Positions 1 through 14,900 of a stretch of DNA of 64,000 bases are shown here, one piece after another (position 1 is the first letter of the stretch; each line of letters starts with the position of its first letter). The position numbers and the translations under genes were made by a program. The DNA comes from Eledone cirrhosa. Lineage: Eukaryota. The DNA lies in assembly GCA_964016885.1 (NCBI GenBank), contig OZ024741.1:410440001-410504000 (forward strand), given 5' to 3'. The notes under the pieces are model-generated. The model was not told the DNA's origin and did not search any database. It saw nothing but the letters and a program-made list of their open reading frames with translations.

Positions 1-3000
1 GTAAATTAAATCACCAGCAACTACTGTCTCTAAGCAACCTCTACTTCTGTAAATTAAATCACCAGCAACTACTGTCACTGAGCAACCTCTACTTCTGTAA
101 ATTAAAACACCAGCAACTACTGTCTTTGAGGAGCCTCTATTTCTGTAAATTAAATCACCAGCAACTACTGTCTCTAAGCGACCTCCACCTCTACTAATTA
201 AATCACCAGCAACTACTGTCTCTAAGCAACCTTCAAATTTACTAATTAAATCACCAGTAACTACTGTCACTGAGCAACCTCCACCTCTTCCAATTAAATC
301 ACCAGCAACTACTGTCTCTGAGCAACCTCTACTTCTGTAAATTAAATCACCAGTAACTACTGACTCCGAGCAACCTACACATCTACTAATTAAGTCACCA
401 GCAACTACTGTCTTTGAGGAGCCTATACTTCTGTAAATTAAATCACCAGCAACTACTGTCACTAAGCATCCTACACCTCTTCTAACGAAATCACCAGCAA
501 CTACTGTCTTTGACCAACCTCTACTTCTTTAAATTAAATCACCAGCAACTACTGCCTCTGAGCAACCTCTACTTCTGTAAATTAAATCACCAGCAACTAG
601 TCTCTGAGGAGCCTCTATTTCTGTAAATTAAATCACCAGAAACCTCTGTCTCTAAGCAACATCCACGTCTTCAAATTAAATCACTAGCAACTACTGTCTC
701 TAAGCAACCTCCACCTCTTCTAATTAAATAAGCATCAACTATAGTCTCTGAGCAACCTCTACTTCTGTAAATTAATTCACCAGCAAATACTGTCTCTGAG
801 GAGCCTCTACTTCTGTAAATTAAATAACCAGCAACTACTGCCTCTGAGCAACCTCTACTTCTGTAAATTAAATCACCAGCAACTAGTCTCTGAGGAGCCT
901 CTACATCTGTAAATTAAATCACCAGCAACTACTGTCTCTACGCAACCTCCAACTCTACTAATTAAATCACCAGCAACTACTGTCTCTGAGCAACCTCTAC
1001 TTCTGTAAATTAAATCACCAGCAACTAGTCTCTGAGGAGCCTCTACATCTGTAAATTAAATCACCAGCAAATACTGTCTCTAAGCAAACTCCACCTCTTA
1101 TAATTAAATCACCAGCAACTACTGCCTCTAAGCAACCTCCACCTCTACTAATTAAAATCACCAGCAACTACTTTCTCTGAGCAACCTCCACCTCTACTAA
1201 TTAAAATCACCAGCAACTACTGTCTCTGAGCAACCTCTACTTCTGTAAATTAAATCACCAGCAACTACTGTCTCTAAGCAACCTACACTTCTTCTGATTA
1301 AATCATCAGCAACTACTGTCTTTGAGCAACCTCTACTTCTGTAAATTAAATCTCCAGCAACTACTGTCTCTAAGCAAACTCCACCTTTACTAATTAAATC
1401 ACCAGCAACCACTGTCTCTAAGCAACCCCACCTTTACTAATTAAATCACCAGCAACTACTGTCTCTAAGCAACCTCCAACTTTACTAATTAAATCACCGG
1501 CAACTACTGTCTCTGAGCAACCTCCAGCTCTTCAAATTAAATCAGCAGCAACTACTGGTTCTGAGCAACCTCTACTTCTATAAAGTAAATCACCAGCAAC
1601 TACTGTCTCTGAGGAGCCTTAACTTCTGTAAATTAAATCACCGGCAACTACTGTCTCTAAGCAACCTCCATCTCTACTAATTAAAATCACCAGCAACTAC
1701 TGTGACTAACCAACCTACACCTCTTCTAACGAAATCACCAGCAACTACTGTCTTTGAGCAGCCTCTACTTCTGTAAATTAAATTACCAGCAATTACTGTC
1801 TCTGAGCATCCTATACTTCTGTAAATTAAATCACCAGCAACTACTGGCTCTGAGCAACCTCTACTTCTGTCAATTAAATCACCAGCAACTACTGTCTCTG
1901 AGCAACCTCTACTTCTGTAAATTAAATCACCAGCAACTACTGTCTCTAAGCAACCTCCAACTCTACTGATTAAATCACCAGCAACTACTGTCTCTGAGCA
2001 ACCTCTACTTCTGTTAATTAACTCACCAGCAACTACTGTCGCTGGCCAACCTCAACTTCTGTAAATTAAATCACTAGCTACTACTGTCTCTGTGCAACCT
2101 CTACTTCTGTAAATTAAATCACCAGCAACTACTGTCTATGAGCAGCGTCTATTTCTGTAAATTAAATCACCAGCAACTACTGTCTCTAAGCAACCTCCAC
2201 CTCTACTAATTAAATCACCAGCAACTACTGTCTCTAAGCAACCTCCACCTTTTCTAATTAAATCACCAGCAACCACTGTCTCTAAGCAACCCCCACCTTT
2301 ACTAATTAAATCACCAGCAACTACTGTCTCTAAGAAACCTCCACCTCTACTAATTAAAATCACCAGTAACTACTGTCTCTAAGCAACCTCCACCTCTACT
2401 AATTAAAATCACCAGCAACTACTGTCTCTGAGCACCCTCCACCTCTACTAATTAAATCACCAGCAACTACTGTCTCTGAGGAGCCTCTACTTCTGTAAAT
2501 TAAATCACCAGCAACTACTGTCTCTAAGGAACCTATACTTCTGTAACTTAAATCACCAACAACTACTGTCTCTCAGCAACCTCCACCTCTACTAATTAAA
2601 TCACCAGCAACTACTGTCTCTAAGCAACCTATCCTTCTGTAAATTAAATCACAAGCAACTACTGTCTCTCAGCAACCTCTACTTCTGTAAATTAAATCAC
2701 CAGCAACTACTGTCTCTGAGGAGCCTCTATTTCTGTAAATTAAATCACCCGCAACTACTGTCTCAAAGCAACCTCCACCTCTACTAATTAAATCACCAGC
2801 AACTACTGTCTCTAAGCAACCTCCACCTTTACTAATTAAATCACCAGCAACTACTGTCTCTGAGTAGCCTCTATTTCTGTAAATTAAATCACCAGCAATT
2901 ACTGTCTCTGAGCAATCTCCACCTCTTCTAAGTAAATCACGAGTAACAACTGTCTCTGAGCAACCTCCACATCTACTAATTAAATCACCAGCAACTACTG

Positions 3001-6000
3001 TCTCTGAAGAGCCTCTATTTGTGTAAATTAAATCACCAGCAACTACTGTCTCTAAGCAACCTCCACCTCTACTAATTAAATCACCAGCAACTACTGTCTC
3101 TGAGGAGCCTCTATTTCTGTAAATTATATCACCAGCAACTACTGTCTCTAAGCAACCTCCACATTTAATAAATAAATCACCACCAACCACTGTCTCTAAG
3201 CAACCCCCACCTTTACTAATTAAATCACCAGCAACTACTGTCTCTAAGCAACCTCCGACTTACTAATTAAATCACCAGCAACTACTGTCTCTAAGCAACT
3301 TCCACCTTTACTAATTAAATCACCAACAACCACTGTCTCTAAGCAACCCCCACTTTTACTAATTAAATCACCAGCAACTACTGTCTCTAAGCAGCCCCCA
3401 CCTTTACTAATTAAATCCCCATCAACTACTGTCTCTGAGAAATCTCCACCTCTTCTAGTTAAATCACCAGTAACTACTGTCTCTGAGCAATCTCTACCTC
3501 TTCTAATTAAATCAGCAGCAACTACTGTCTCTGAGCAACCTCCACCTCTTCTAATTAAATCAGCAGCAACTACTTCTCTGAGGAGCCTAAACTTCTGTAA
3601 ATTAAATCACCAGCAACTATTTTCTGTAAGCAACCTCTACTTCTGTAAATTAAATCACCAGCAACTACTGACTCTAAGCAACCTCCACCTCTACTAATTA
3701 AAATCACCAGCAACTACTGTCTCCGAGCAACCTCCACATCTTCTAATTAAATCCCCAGCAACTACTGTCTTTCAGCACCCTCTACTTCTGTAAGTTAAAT
3801 CAACAGCAACTACAGTCTGAGCATCCTCTACTTCTGTAAATTAAATCACCAGCAACTACTCTCTCTGAGAAACCTCCACCTCTACTAATTAAATCACCAG
3901 CAATTACCGGCTCTGAGCAACCTCTACTTCTGTAAATTAAATCACCAGAAACTACTGTCTCTAAGCAACCTACACCTCTTCTAACGAAATCACCAGCAAC
4001 TACAGTCTAGGAGGAGCCTCTATTTGTGTAAATTAAATCACCAAAACTACTGTCTCTAAGCAACCTCCACCTCTACTAATCAAATCACCAGCAACTACTG
4101 TCTCTAAGCAACCTCCACCTCTACTAATTAAAATCACCAGCAACTACTGTCTCTGAGCACCCTCCACCTCTACTAATTAAATCACCAGCAACTACTGTCT
4201 CTGAGGAGCCTCTACTTCTGTTAATTAAATCACCAGCAACTACTGTCTATAAGGAACCTATACTTTTGTAAATTAAATCACCAACAACTACTGTCTCTGA
4301 GCAACCTCCACCTCTACTAATTAAATCACCAGCAACTACTGTCTCTAAGCAACCTATCCTTCTGTAAATTAAATCACCAGCAACTACTGTCTCTGAGCAA
4401 CCTCTACTTCTGTAAATTAAATCACCAGCAACTACTGTCTCTGAGCAACCTCTACTTCTGTAAACTAAATCACCAGCAACTACTGTCTCTGAGCAACCTC
4501 TACTTCTGTAAATTAAATCACCAGCAACTACTGTCTCTGAGCAACCTCTACTTCTGTAAATTAAATCACCAGCAACTACTGTCTCTGACGAGCCTCTATT
4601 TCTGTAAATTAAATCACCAGCAACTACTGTCTCAAAGCAACCTCCACCTTTACTAATTAAATCACCAGCAACTACTGTCTCTGGTGAGCCTCTATTTCTG
4701 TAAATTAAATCACCAGCAACTACTGTCTCTGAGGAGCCTCTATTCGTGTAAATTAAATCACCACCAACTACTGTCTCTAAGCAACCTCCAACTCTACTAA
4801 TTAAATCACCAACAACAAATGTCTCTAAGCAACCTCCACCTTTTCTAATTAAATCACCAGCAACCACTGTCACTAAGCAACCCCCACCTCTACTAATTAA
4901 ATCACCAGCAACTACTGTCTCTGAGGAGCCTCTACTTCTGTAAATTAAATCACCAACAACTACTGTCTCTGAGCAACCTCCACCTCTACTAATTAAATCA
5001 CCAGCAACTACTATCTCTAAGCAACCTAACCTTCTGTAAATTAAATCACCAGCAACTACTGCCTCTGAGCAAACTCTACTTCTGTAAATTAAATCACCAT
5101 CAACTACTGTCTCTAAGCAACCTCCACCTCTACTAATTACATCACCAGCAACTACTGTCTCTGAGGAGCCTCTATTTCTGTAAATTAAATCACTAGCAAC
5201 TACTGTCTCTAAGCAACCTATCCTTCTGTAAATTAAATCACCAGCAACTACTGTCTTTGACCAAACTCTACTTCTGTAAATTAAATCACCATCAACTACT
5301 GTCTTTGACAAAACTCTTATTCTGTAAATTAAATCACCAGCAACTACTGTCTCTGAGGAGCCTCTATTTCCGTAAATTAAATCAACAACAACTACTGTCT
5401 CTGAGCAACCTCCACCTCTACTAATTAAAATCACCAGCAACTACTGTCTCCGAGCAACCTCCACATCGACTAATTAAAGCACCAGCAACTACTGTCTCTG
5501 AGGAGCCTATACTTCTGTAAATTAAATCACCAGCAACTACTGTCACTAAGCAACCTACACCTCTTCTAACGAAATCACCAGCAACTACTGTCTTTGAGCA
5601 ACCTCTACTTCTGTAAATTAAATCACCAGCAACTACTGTCTCTAAGCAACCTCCACCTCTACTAATTAAATCACCAGCAACTACTGTCTCTAAGCAACCT
5701 CCACCTCTACTAATTAAAATCACCAGCAGCCACTGTCTCTAAGAAACCCCCACCTCTACTAATTAAATCACCAGCAACTACTGTCTCTAAGCAACATCCA
5801 CCTCTACTAATTACTATCACCAGCAACTACTGTCTCTGAGCAAGCTCTACTTCTGTGAATTAAATCACCAGCAACTACTGTCTCTAAGCAACCTCCACGT
5901 CTTCAAATTAAATCACCAGCAACTACTGTCTCTAAGCAACCTCCACCTCTTCTAATTAAATAAGCATCAACTACTGTCTCTGAGGAGCCTCTACTTCTGT

Positions 6001-9000
6001 AAATTAAATCACCAGCAACTACTGTCTCTAAGCAACCTCTACTTCTGTAAATTAAATCACCAGCAACTACTGTCTCTGAGCAACATCTACTTCTGTAAAT
6101 TAAAACACCAGCAACTACTGTCTTTGAGGAGCCTCTATTTCTGTAAATTAAATCACCAGCAACTACTGTCTCTAAGCGACCTCCACCTCTACTAATTAAA
6201 TCACCAGCAACTACTGTCTCTAAGCAACCTTCAAATTTACTAATTAAATCACCAGTAACTACTGTCACTGAGCAACCTCCACCTCTTCCAATTAAATCAC
6301 CAGCAACTACTGGCTCTGAGCAACCTCTACTTCTGTAAATTAAATCACCAGTAACTACTAACTCCGAGCAACCTACACATCTACTAATTAAGTCACCAGC
6401 AACTACTGTCTTTGAGGAGCCTATACTTCTGTAAATTAAATCACCAGCAACTACTGTCACTAAGCATCCTACACCTCTTCTAACGAAATCACCAGCAACT
6501 ACTGTCTTTGACCAACCTCTACTTCTTTAAATTAAATCACCAGCAACTACTGCCTCTGAGCAACCTCTACTTCTGTAAATTAAATCACCAGCAACTAGTC
6601 TCTGAGGAGCCTCTATTTCTGTAAATTAAATCACCAGAAACCTCTGTCTCTAAGCAACATCCACGTCTTCAAATTAAATCACTAGCAACTACTGTCTCTA
6701 AGCAACCTCCACCTCTTCTAATTAAATAAGCATCAACTATAGTCTCTGAGCAACCTCTACTTCTGTAAATTAATTCACCAGCAAATACTGTCTCTGAGGA
6801 GCCTCTACTTCTGTAAATTAAATAACCAGCAACTACTGCCTCTGAGCAACCTCTACTTCTGTAAATTAAATCACCAGCAACTAGTCTCTGAGGAGCCTCT
6901 ACATCTGTAAATTAAATCACCAGCAACTACTGTCTCTACGCAACCTCCAACTCTACTAATTAAATCACCAGCAACTACTGTCTCTGAGCAACCTCTACTT
7001 CTGTAAATTAAATCACCAGCAACTAGTCTCTGAGGAGCCTCTACATCTGTAAATTAAATCACCAGCAAATACTGTCTCTAAGCAAACTCCACCTCTTATA
7101 ATTAAATCACCAGCAACTACTGCCTCTAAGCAACCTCCACCTCTACTAATTAAAATCACCAGCAACTACTTTCTCTGAGCAACCTCCACCTCTACTAATT
7201 AAAATCACCAGCAACTACTGTCTCTGAGCAACCTCTACTTCTGTAAATTAAATCACCAGCAACTACTGTCTCTAAGCAACCTACACTTCTTCTGATTAAA
7301 TCATCAGCAACTACTGTCTTTGAGCAACCTCTACTTCTGTAAATTAAATCTCCAGCAACTACTGTCTCTAAGCAAACTCCACCTTTACTAATTAAATCAC
7401 CAGCAACCACTGTCTCTAAGCAACCCCACCTTTACTAATTAAATCACCAGCAACTACTGTCTCTAAGCAACCTCCAACTTTACTAATTAAATCACCGGCA
7501 ACTACTGTCTCTGAGCAACCTCCAGCTCTTCAAATTAAATCACCAGCAACTACTGTCTCTGAGCAACCTCTACTTCTGTAAATTAAATCACCAGCAACTA
7601 GTCTCTGAGGAGCCTCTACATCTGTAAATTAAATCACCAGCAAATACTGTCTCTAAGCAAACTCCACCTCTTATAATTAAATCACCAGCAACTACTGCCT
7701 CTAAGCAACCTCCACCTCTACTAATTAAAATCACCAGCAACTACTTTCTCTGAGCAACCTCCACCTCTACTAATTAAAATCACCAGCAACTACTGTCTCT
7801 GAGCAACCTCTACTTCTGTAAATTAAATCACCAGCAACTACTGTCTCTAAGCAACCTACACTTCTTCTGATTAAATCATCAGCAACTACTGTCTTTGAGC
7901 AACCTCTACTTCTGTAAATTAAATCTCCAGCAACTACTGTCTCTAAGCAAACTCCACCTTTACTAATTAAATCACCAGCAACCACTGTCTCTAAGCAACC
8001 CCACCTTTACTAATTAAATCACCAGCAACTACTGTCTCTAAGCAACCTCCAACTTTACTAATTAAATCACCGGCAACTACTGTCTCTGAGCAACCTCCAG
8101 CTCTTCAAATTAAATCAGCAGCAACTACTGTCTCTGAGGAGCCTTAACTTCTGTAAATTAAATCACCGGCAACTACTGTCTCTAAGCAACCTCCATCTCT
8201 ACTAATTAAAATCACCAGCAACTACTGTGACTAACCAACCTACACCTCTTCTAACGAAATCACCAGCAACTACTGTCTTTGAGCAGCCTCTACTTCTGTA
8301 AATTAAATTACCAGCAATTACTGTCTCTGAGCATCCTATACTTCTGTAAATTAAATCACCAGCAACTACTGGCTCTGAGCAACCTCTACTTCTGTCAATT
8401 AAATCACCAGCAACTACTGTCTCTGAGCAACCTCTACTTCTGTAAATTAAATCACCAGCAACTACTGTCTCTAAGCAACCTCCAACTCTACTGATTAAAT
8501 CACCAGCAACTACTGTCTCTGAGCAACCTCTACTTCTGTTAATTAACTCACCAGCAACTACTGTCGCTGGCCAACCTCAACTTCTGTAAATTAAATCACT
8601 AGCTACTACTGTCTCTGTGCAACCTCTACTTCTGTAAATTAAATCACCAGCAACTACTGTCTATGAGCAGCGTCTATTTCTGTAAATTAAATCACCAGCA
8701 ACTACTGTCTCTAAGCAACCTCCACCTCTACTAATTAAATCACCAGCAACTACTGTCTCTAAGCAACCTCCACCTTTTCTAATTAAATCACCAGCAACCA
8801 CTGTCTCTAAGCAACCCCCACCTTTACTAATTAAATCACCAGCAACTACTGTCTCTAAGAAACCTCCACCTCTACTAATTAAAATCACCAGTAACTACTG
8901 TCTCTAAGCAACCTCCACCTCTACTAATTAAAATCACCAGCAACTACTGTCTCTGAGCACCCTCCACCTCTACTAATTAAATCACCAGCAACTACTGTCT

Positions 9001-11932
9001 CTGAGGAGCCTCTACTTCTGTAAATTAAATCACCAGCAACTACTGTCTCTAAGGAACCTATACTTCTGTAACTTAAATCACCAACAACTACTGTCTCTCA
9101 GCAACCTCCACCTCTACTAATTAAATCACCAGCAACTACTGTCTCTAAGCAACCTATCCTTCTGTAAATTAAATCACAAGCAACTACTGTCTCTCAGCAA
9201 CCTCTACTTCTGTAAATTAAATCACCAGCAACTACTGTCTCTGAGGAGCCTCTATTTCTGTAAATTAAATCACCCGCAACTACTGTCTCAAAGCAACCTC
9301 CACCTCTACTAATTAAATCACCAGCAACTACTGTCTCTAAGCAACCTCCACCTTTACTAATTAAATCACCAGCAACTACTGTCTCTGAGTAGCCTCTATT
9401 TCTGTAAATTAAATCACCAGCAATTACTGTCTCTGAGCAATCTCCACCTCTTCTAAGTAAATCACGAGTAACTACTGTCTCTGAGCAACCTCCACATCTA
9501 CTAATTAAATCACCAGCAACTACTGTCTCTGAAGAGCCTCTATTTGTGTAAATTAAATCACCAGCAACTACTGTCTCTAAGCAACCTCCACCTCTACTAA
9601 TTAAATCACCAGCAACTACTGTCTCTGAGGAGCCTCTATTTCTGTAAATTATATCACCAGCAACTACTGTCTCTAAGCAACCTCCACATTTAATAAATAA
9701 ATCACCACCAACCACTGTCTCTAAGCAACCCCCACCTTTACTAATTAAATCACCAGCAACTACTGTCTCTAAGCAACCTCCGACTTACTAATTAAATCAC
9801 CAGCAACTACTGTCTCTAAGCAACTTCCACCTTTACTAATTAAATCACCAACAACCACTGTCTCTAAGCAACCCCCACTTTTACTAATTAAATCACCAGC
9901 AACTACTGTCTCTAAGCAGCCCCCACCTTTACTAATTAAATCCCCATCAACTACTGTCTCTGAGAAATCTCCACCTCTTCTAGTTAAATCACCAGTAACT
10001 ACTGTCTCTGAGCAATCTCTACCTCTTCTAATTAAATCAGCAGCAACTACTGTCTCTGAGCAACCTCCACCTCTTCTAATTAAATCAGCAGCAACTACTT
10101 CTCTGAGGAGCCTAAACTTCTGTAAATTAAATCACCAGCAACTATTTTCTGTAAGCAACCTCTACTTCTGTAAATTAAATCACCAGCAACTACTGACTCT
10201 AAGCAACCTCCACCTCTACTAATTAAAATCACCAGCAACTACTGTCTCCGAGCAACCTCCACATCTTCTAATTAAATCCCCAGCAACTACTGTCTTTCAG
10301 CACCCTCTACTTCTGTAAGTTAAATCAACAGCAACTACAGTCTGAGCATCCTCTACTTCTGTAAATTAAATCACCAGCAACTACTCTCTCTGAGAAACCT
10401 CCACCTCTACTAATTAAATCACCAGCAATTACCGGCTCTGAGCAACCTCTACTTCTGTAAATTAAATCACCAGAAACTACTGTCTCTAAGCAACCTACAC
10501 CTCTTCTAACGAAATCACCAGCAACTACAGTCTAGGAGGAGCCTCTATTTGTGTAAATTAAATCACCAAAACTACTGTCTCTAAGCAACCTCCACCTCTA
10601 CTAATCAAATCACCAGCAACTACTGTCTCTAAGCAACCTCCACCTCTACTAATTAAAATCACCAGCAACTACTGTCTCTGAGCACCCTCCACCTCTACTA
10701 ATTAAATCACCAGCAACTACTGTCTCTGAGGAGCCTCTACTTCTGTTAATTAAATCACCAGCAACTACTGTCTATAAGGAACCTATACTTTTGTAAATTA
10801 AATCACCAACAACTACTGTCTCTGAGCAACCTCCACCTCTACTAATTAAATCACCAGCAACTACTGTCTCTAAGCAACCTATCCTTCTGTAAATTAAATC
10901 ACCAGCAACTACTGTCTCTGAGCAACCTCTACTTCTGTAAATTAAATCACCAGCAACTACTGTCTCTGAGCAACCTCTACTTCTGTAAACTAAATCACCA
11001 GCAACTACTGTCTCTGAGCAACCTCTACTTCTGTAAATTAAATCACCAGCAACTACTGTCTCTGAGCAACCTCTACTTCTGTAAATTAAATCACCAGCAA
11101 CTACTGTCTCTGACGAGCCTCTATTTCTGTAAATTAAATCACCAGCAACTACTGTCTCAAAGCAACCTCCACCTTTACTAATTAAATCACCAGCAACTAC
11201 TGTCTCTGGTGAGCCTCTATTTCTGTAAATTAAATCACCAGCAACTACTGTCTCTGAGGAGCCTCTATTCGTGTAAATTAAATCACCACCAACTACTGTC
11301 TCTAAGCAACCTCCAACTCTACTAATTAAATCACCAACAACAAATGTCTCTAAGCAACCTCCACCTTTTCTAATTAAATCACCAGCAACCACTGTCACTA
11401 AGCAACCCCCACCTCTACTAATTAAATCACCAGCAACTACTGTCTCTGAGGAGCCTCTACTTCTGTAAATTAAATCACCAACAACTACTGTCTCTGAGCA
11501 ACCTCCACCTCTACTAATTAAATCACCAGCAACTACTATCTCTAAGCAACCTAACCTTCTGTAAATTAAATCACCAGCAACTACTGCCTCTGAGCAAACT
11601 CTACTTCTGTAAATTAAATCACCATCAACTACTGTCTCTAAGCAACCTCCACCTCTACTAATTACATCACCAGCAACTACTGTCTCTGAGGAGCCTCTAT
11701 TTCTGTAAATTAAATCACTAGCAACTACTGTCTCTAAGCAACCTATCCTTCTGTAAATTAAATCACCAGCAACTACTGTCTTTGACCAAACTCTACTTCT
11801 GTAAATTAAATCACCATCAACTACTGTCTTTGACAAAACTCTTATTCTGTAAATTAAATCACCAGCAACTACTGTCTCTGAGGAGCCTCTATTTCCGTAA
11901 ATTAAATCAACAACAACTACTGTCTCTGAGCA
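1..11932. repeat. Higher-order tandem duplication, period 5998 bp (125 monomers); offset becomes 6525 bp after internal indels in copy 2
   Basis: Identical translations at 1197/7195 (offset 5998). Matching ORF left coordinates at 1754/8279, 2136/8661, 2669/9194 and 4247/10772 (offset 6525 = 5998+575-48). Similarity ends just after TTTCCGTAAATTAAATCAACAAC (about 5408 vs 11933). A few substitutions separate the copies. Confidence 0.93.
6958..8117. repeat. Nested 575-bp (12-monomer) tandem duplication
   Basis: Identical 71-aa translations at 7195 and 7770; rare variant CCTCCAGCTCTTCAAATT at about 7519 and 8094; present only once in the 1-5998 copy. Confidence 0.92.
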
Positions 11933-14900
11933 AACTCTACTTCTGTAAATTAAATCACCATCAACTACTGTTTTTGACCAAACTCTACTTCTGTAAATTA
12001 AATCACCATCAACTACTGTCTTTGACGAAAACTCTACTTCTGTAAATTAAATCACCAGCAACTACTGTCTTTGACCAAACTCTACTTCTGTAAATTAAAT
12101 CACCAGCAACTACTGTCTTTGACAAAACTCGACTTCTGTAAATTAAATCACCAACAACTACTGTCTCTGAGCAACCTCCACTTCTACTAATTAAATCACC
12201 AGCAACTACTGTCTCTGAGCAACCACTACTTCTGTAAATTAAATCACCATCAACTACTGTCTTTGACCAAACTCCACTTCTGTAAATTATATCACCATCA
12301 ACTAATGTCTTTGACCAAACTCCACTTCTTTAAATTAAATCACCATCAACTACTGTCTTTGACCACACTCCACTTCTGTAAATTAAATCACCAGCAGCTA
12401 CTGTCTTTGACCAAACTCCACTTCTGTAAATTAAATCACCAGCAACTACTGTCTTTGACCAAACTCTACTTCTGTAAATTAAATCACCATCAACTACTGT
12501 CTTTGACAAAACTCTACTTCTGTAAATTAAATCACCAGCAACTACTGTCTCTAAGCAACCTATACTTCTGTAAATTAAATCACCAGCAACTACTGTCTCT
12601 GGGGAGCCTCTATTTCTGTAAATTAAATCACCAACAACTACCGTCTCTGAGCAACCTCCACTTCTACTAATTAAATCACCAGCAACTACTGTCTCTGAGC
12701 AACCTCTACTTCTGTAAATTAAATCACCATCAACTACTGTCTTTGACCAAACTCTACTTCTGTAAATTAAATCACCATCAACTACTGTCTTTGACCAAAC
12801 TCTACTTCTGTAAATTAAATCACCATCAAATACTGTCTTTGACCAAACTCTACTTCTGTGAATTAAATCACCAGCAACTACTGTCTCTAAGCAACCTATC
12901 CTTCTGTAAATTAATCACCAGCAACTACTGTCTCTGAGCAACCTCTACTTCTGTAAATTAAATCACCAGCAACTACTGTCTCTGAGCAACCTCTACTTCT
13001 GTAAATTAATCACCAGCAACTACTGTCTCTGACGAGCCTCTATTTCTGTAAATTAAATCACCAGCAACTACTGTCTCAAAGCAACCTCCACCTCTACTAA
13101 TTAAATCACCAGCAACTACCGTCTCTAAGCAACCTCCACCTTTACTAATTAAATCACCATTAACTACTGTCTCTGGGGAGCCTCTATTTCTGTAAATTAA
13201 ATCACCAGCAACTACTGTCTCTGAGGAGCCTCTATTCGTGTAAATTAAATCACCAGCAACTACTGTCTCTAAGCAACCTCCACCTCTACTAATTAAATGA
13301 CCAGCAACAACTGTCTCTAACCAACCTCCACCTTTTCTAATTAAATCACCAGCAACTACTGTCTCTGAGGAGTCTCTACTTCTGTAAATTAAATCACCAA
13401 CAACTACTGTCTCTGAGCAACCTCCACCTCTACTAATTAAATCACCAGCAACTACTATCTCTAAGCAACCTAACCTTCTGTAAATTAAATCACCAGCAAC
13501 TACTGTCTCTGAGCAAACTCTACTTCTGTAAATTAAATCACCATCAACTACTGTCTCTAAGCAACCTCCACCTCTACTAATTACATCACCAGCAACTACT
13601 GTCTCTGAGGAGCCTCTATTTCTGTAAATTAAATCACCAGCAACTACTGTCTCTAAGCAACCTCCACCTCTAATAATTAAATCACCAGCAACTACTGTCT
13701 CTAAGCAACCTCCACCTTTACTAATTAAATCACCAGCAACCACTGTGACTAAGCAACCCCCACCTTTACTAATAAAATCACCAGCAACCACTGTCACTAA
13801 GCAACCTCCACCTCTACTAATTAAATCACCAGCAACTACTGTCTCTGAGGAGCCTCTATTTCTGTAAATTAAATCACCAACAACTACTGTCTCTGAGCAA
13901 CCTCCACTTCTACTAATTAAATCACCAGCAACTACTGTCTCTGAGCAACCTCTACTTCGGTAAATTAAATCACCAGCAACTACTGTCTATGAGGAGCCTT
14001 TATTTCTGGAAATTAAATCACCAGCAACTACTGTCTCTAAGCAACCTATCCTTCTGTAAATTAAATCACCAGCAACTACTGGCTCTGAGCAACCTCCACC
14101 TCTTCTAATTAAATCAGCAGCAACTACTTCTCTGAGGAGCCTAAACTTCTGTAAATTAAATCACCAGCAACTATTTTCTGTAAGCAACCTCTACTTCTGT
14201 AAATTAAATCACCAGCAACTACTGACTCTAAGCAACCTCCACCTCTACTAATTAAAATCACCAGCAACTACTGTCTCCGAGCAACCTCCACATCTTCTAA
14301 TTAAATCCCCAGCAACTACTGTCTTTCAGCACCCTCTACTTCTGTAAGTTAAATCAACAGCAACTACAGTCTGAGCATCCTCTACTTCTGTAAATTAAAT
14401 CACCAGCAACTACTCTCTCTGAGAAACCTCCACCTCTACTAATTAAATCACCAGCAATTACCGGCTCTGAGCAACCTCTACTTCTGTAAATTAAATCACC
14501 AGAAACTACTGTCTCTAAGCAACCTACACCTCTTCTAACGAAATCACCAGCAACTACAGTCTAGGAGGAGCCTCTATTTGTGTAAATTAAATCACCAAAA
14601 CTACTGTCTCTAAGCAACCTCCACCTCTACTAATCAAATCACCAGCAACTACTGTCTCTAAGCAACCTCCACCTCTACTAATTAAAATCACCAGCAACTA
14701 CTGTCTCTGAGCACCCTCCACCTCTACTAATTAAATCACCAGCAACTACTGTCTCTGAGGAGCCTCTACTTCTGTTAATTAAATCACCAGCAACTACTGT
14801 CTATAAGGAACCTATACTTTTGTAAATTAAATCACCAACAACTACTGTCTCTGAGCAACCTCCACCTCTACTAATTAAATCACCAGCAACTACTGTCTCT

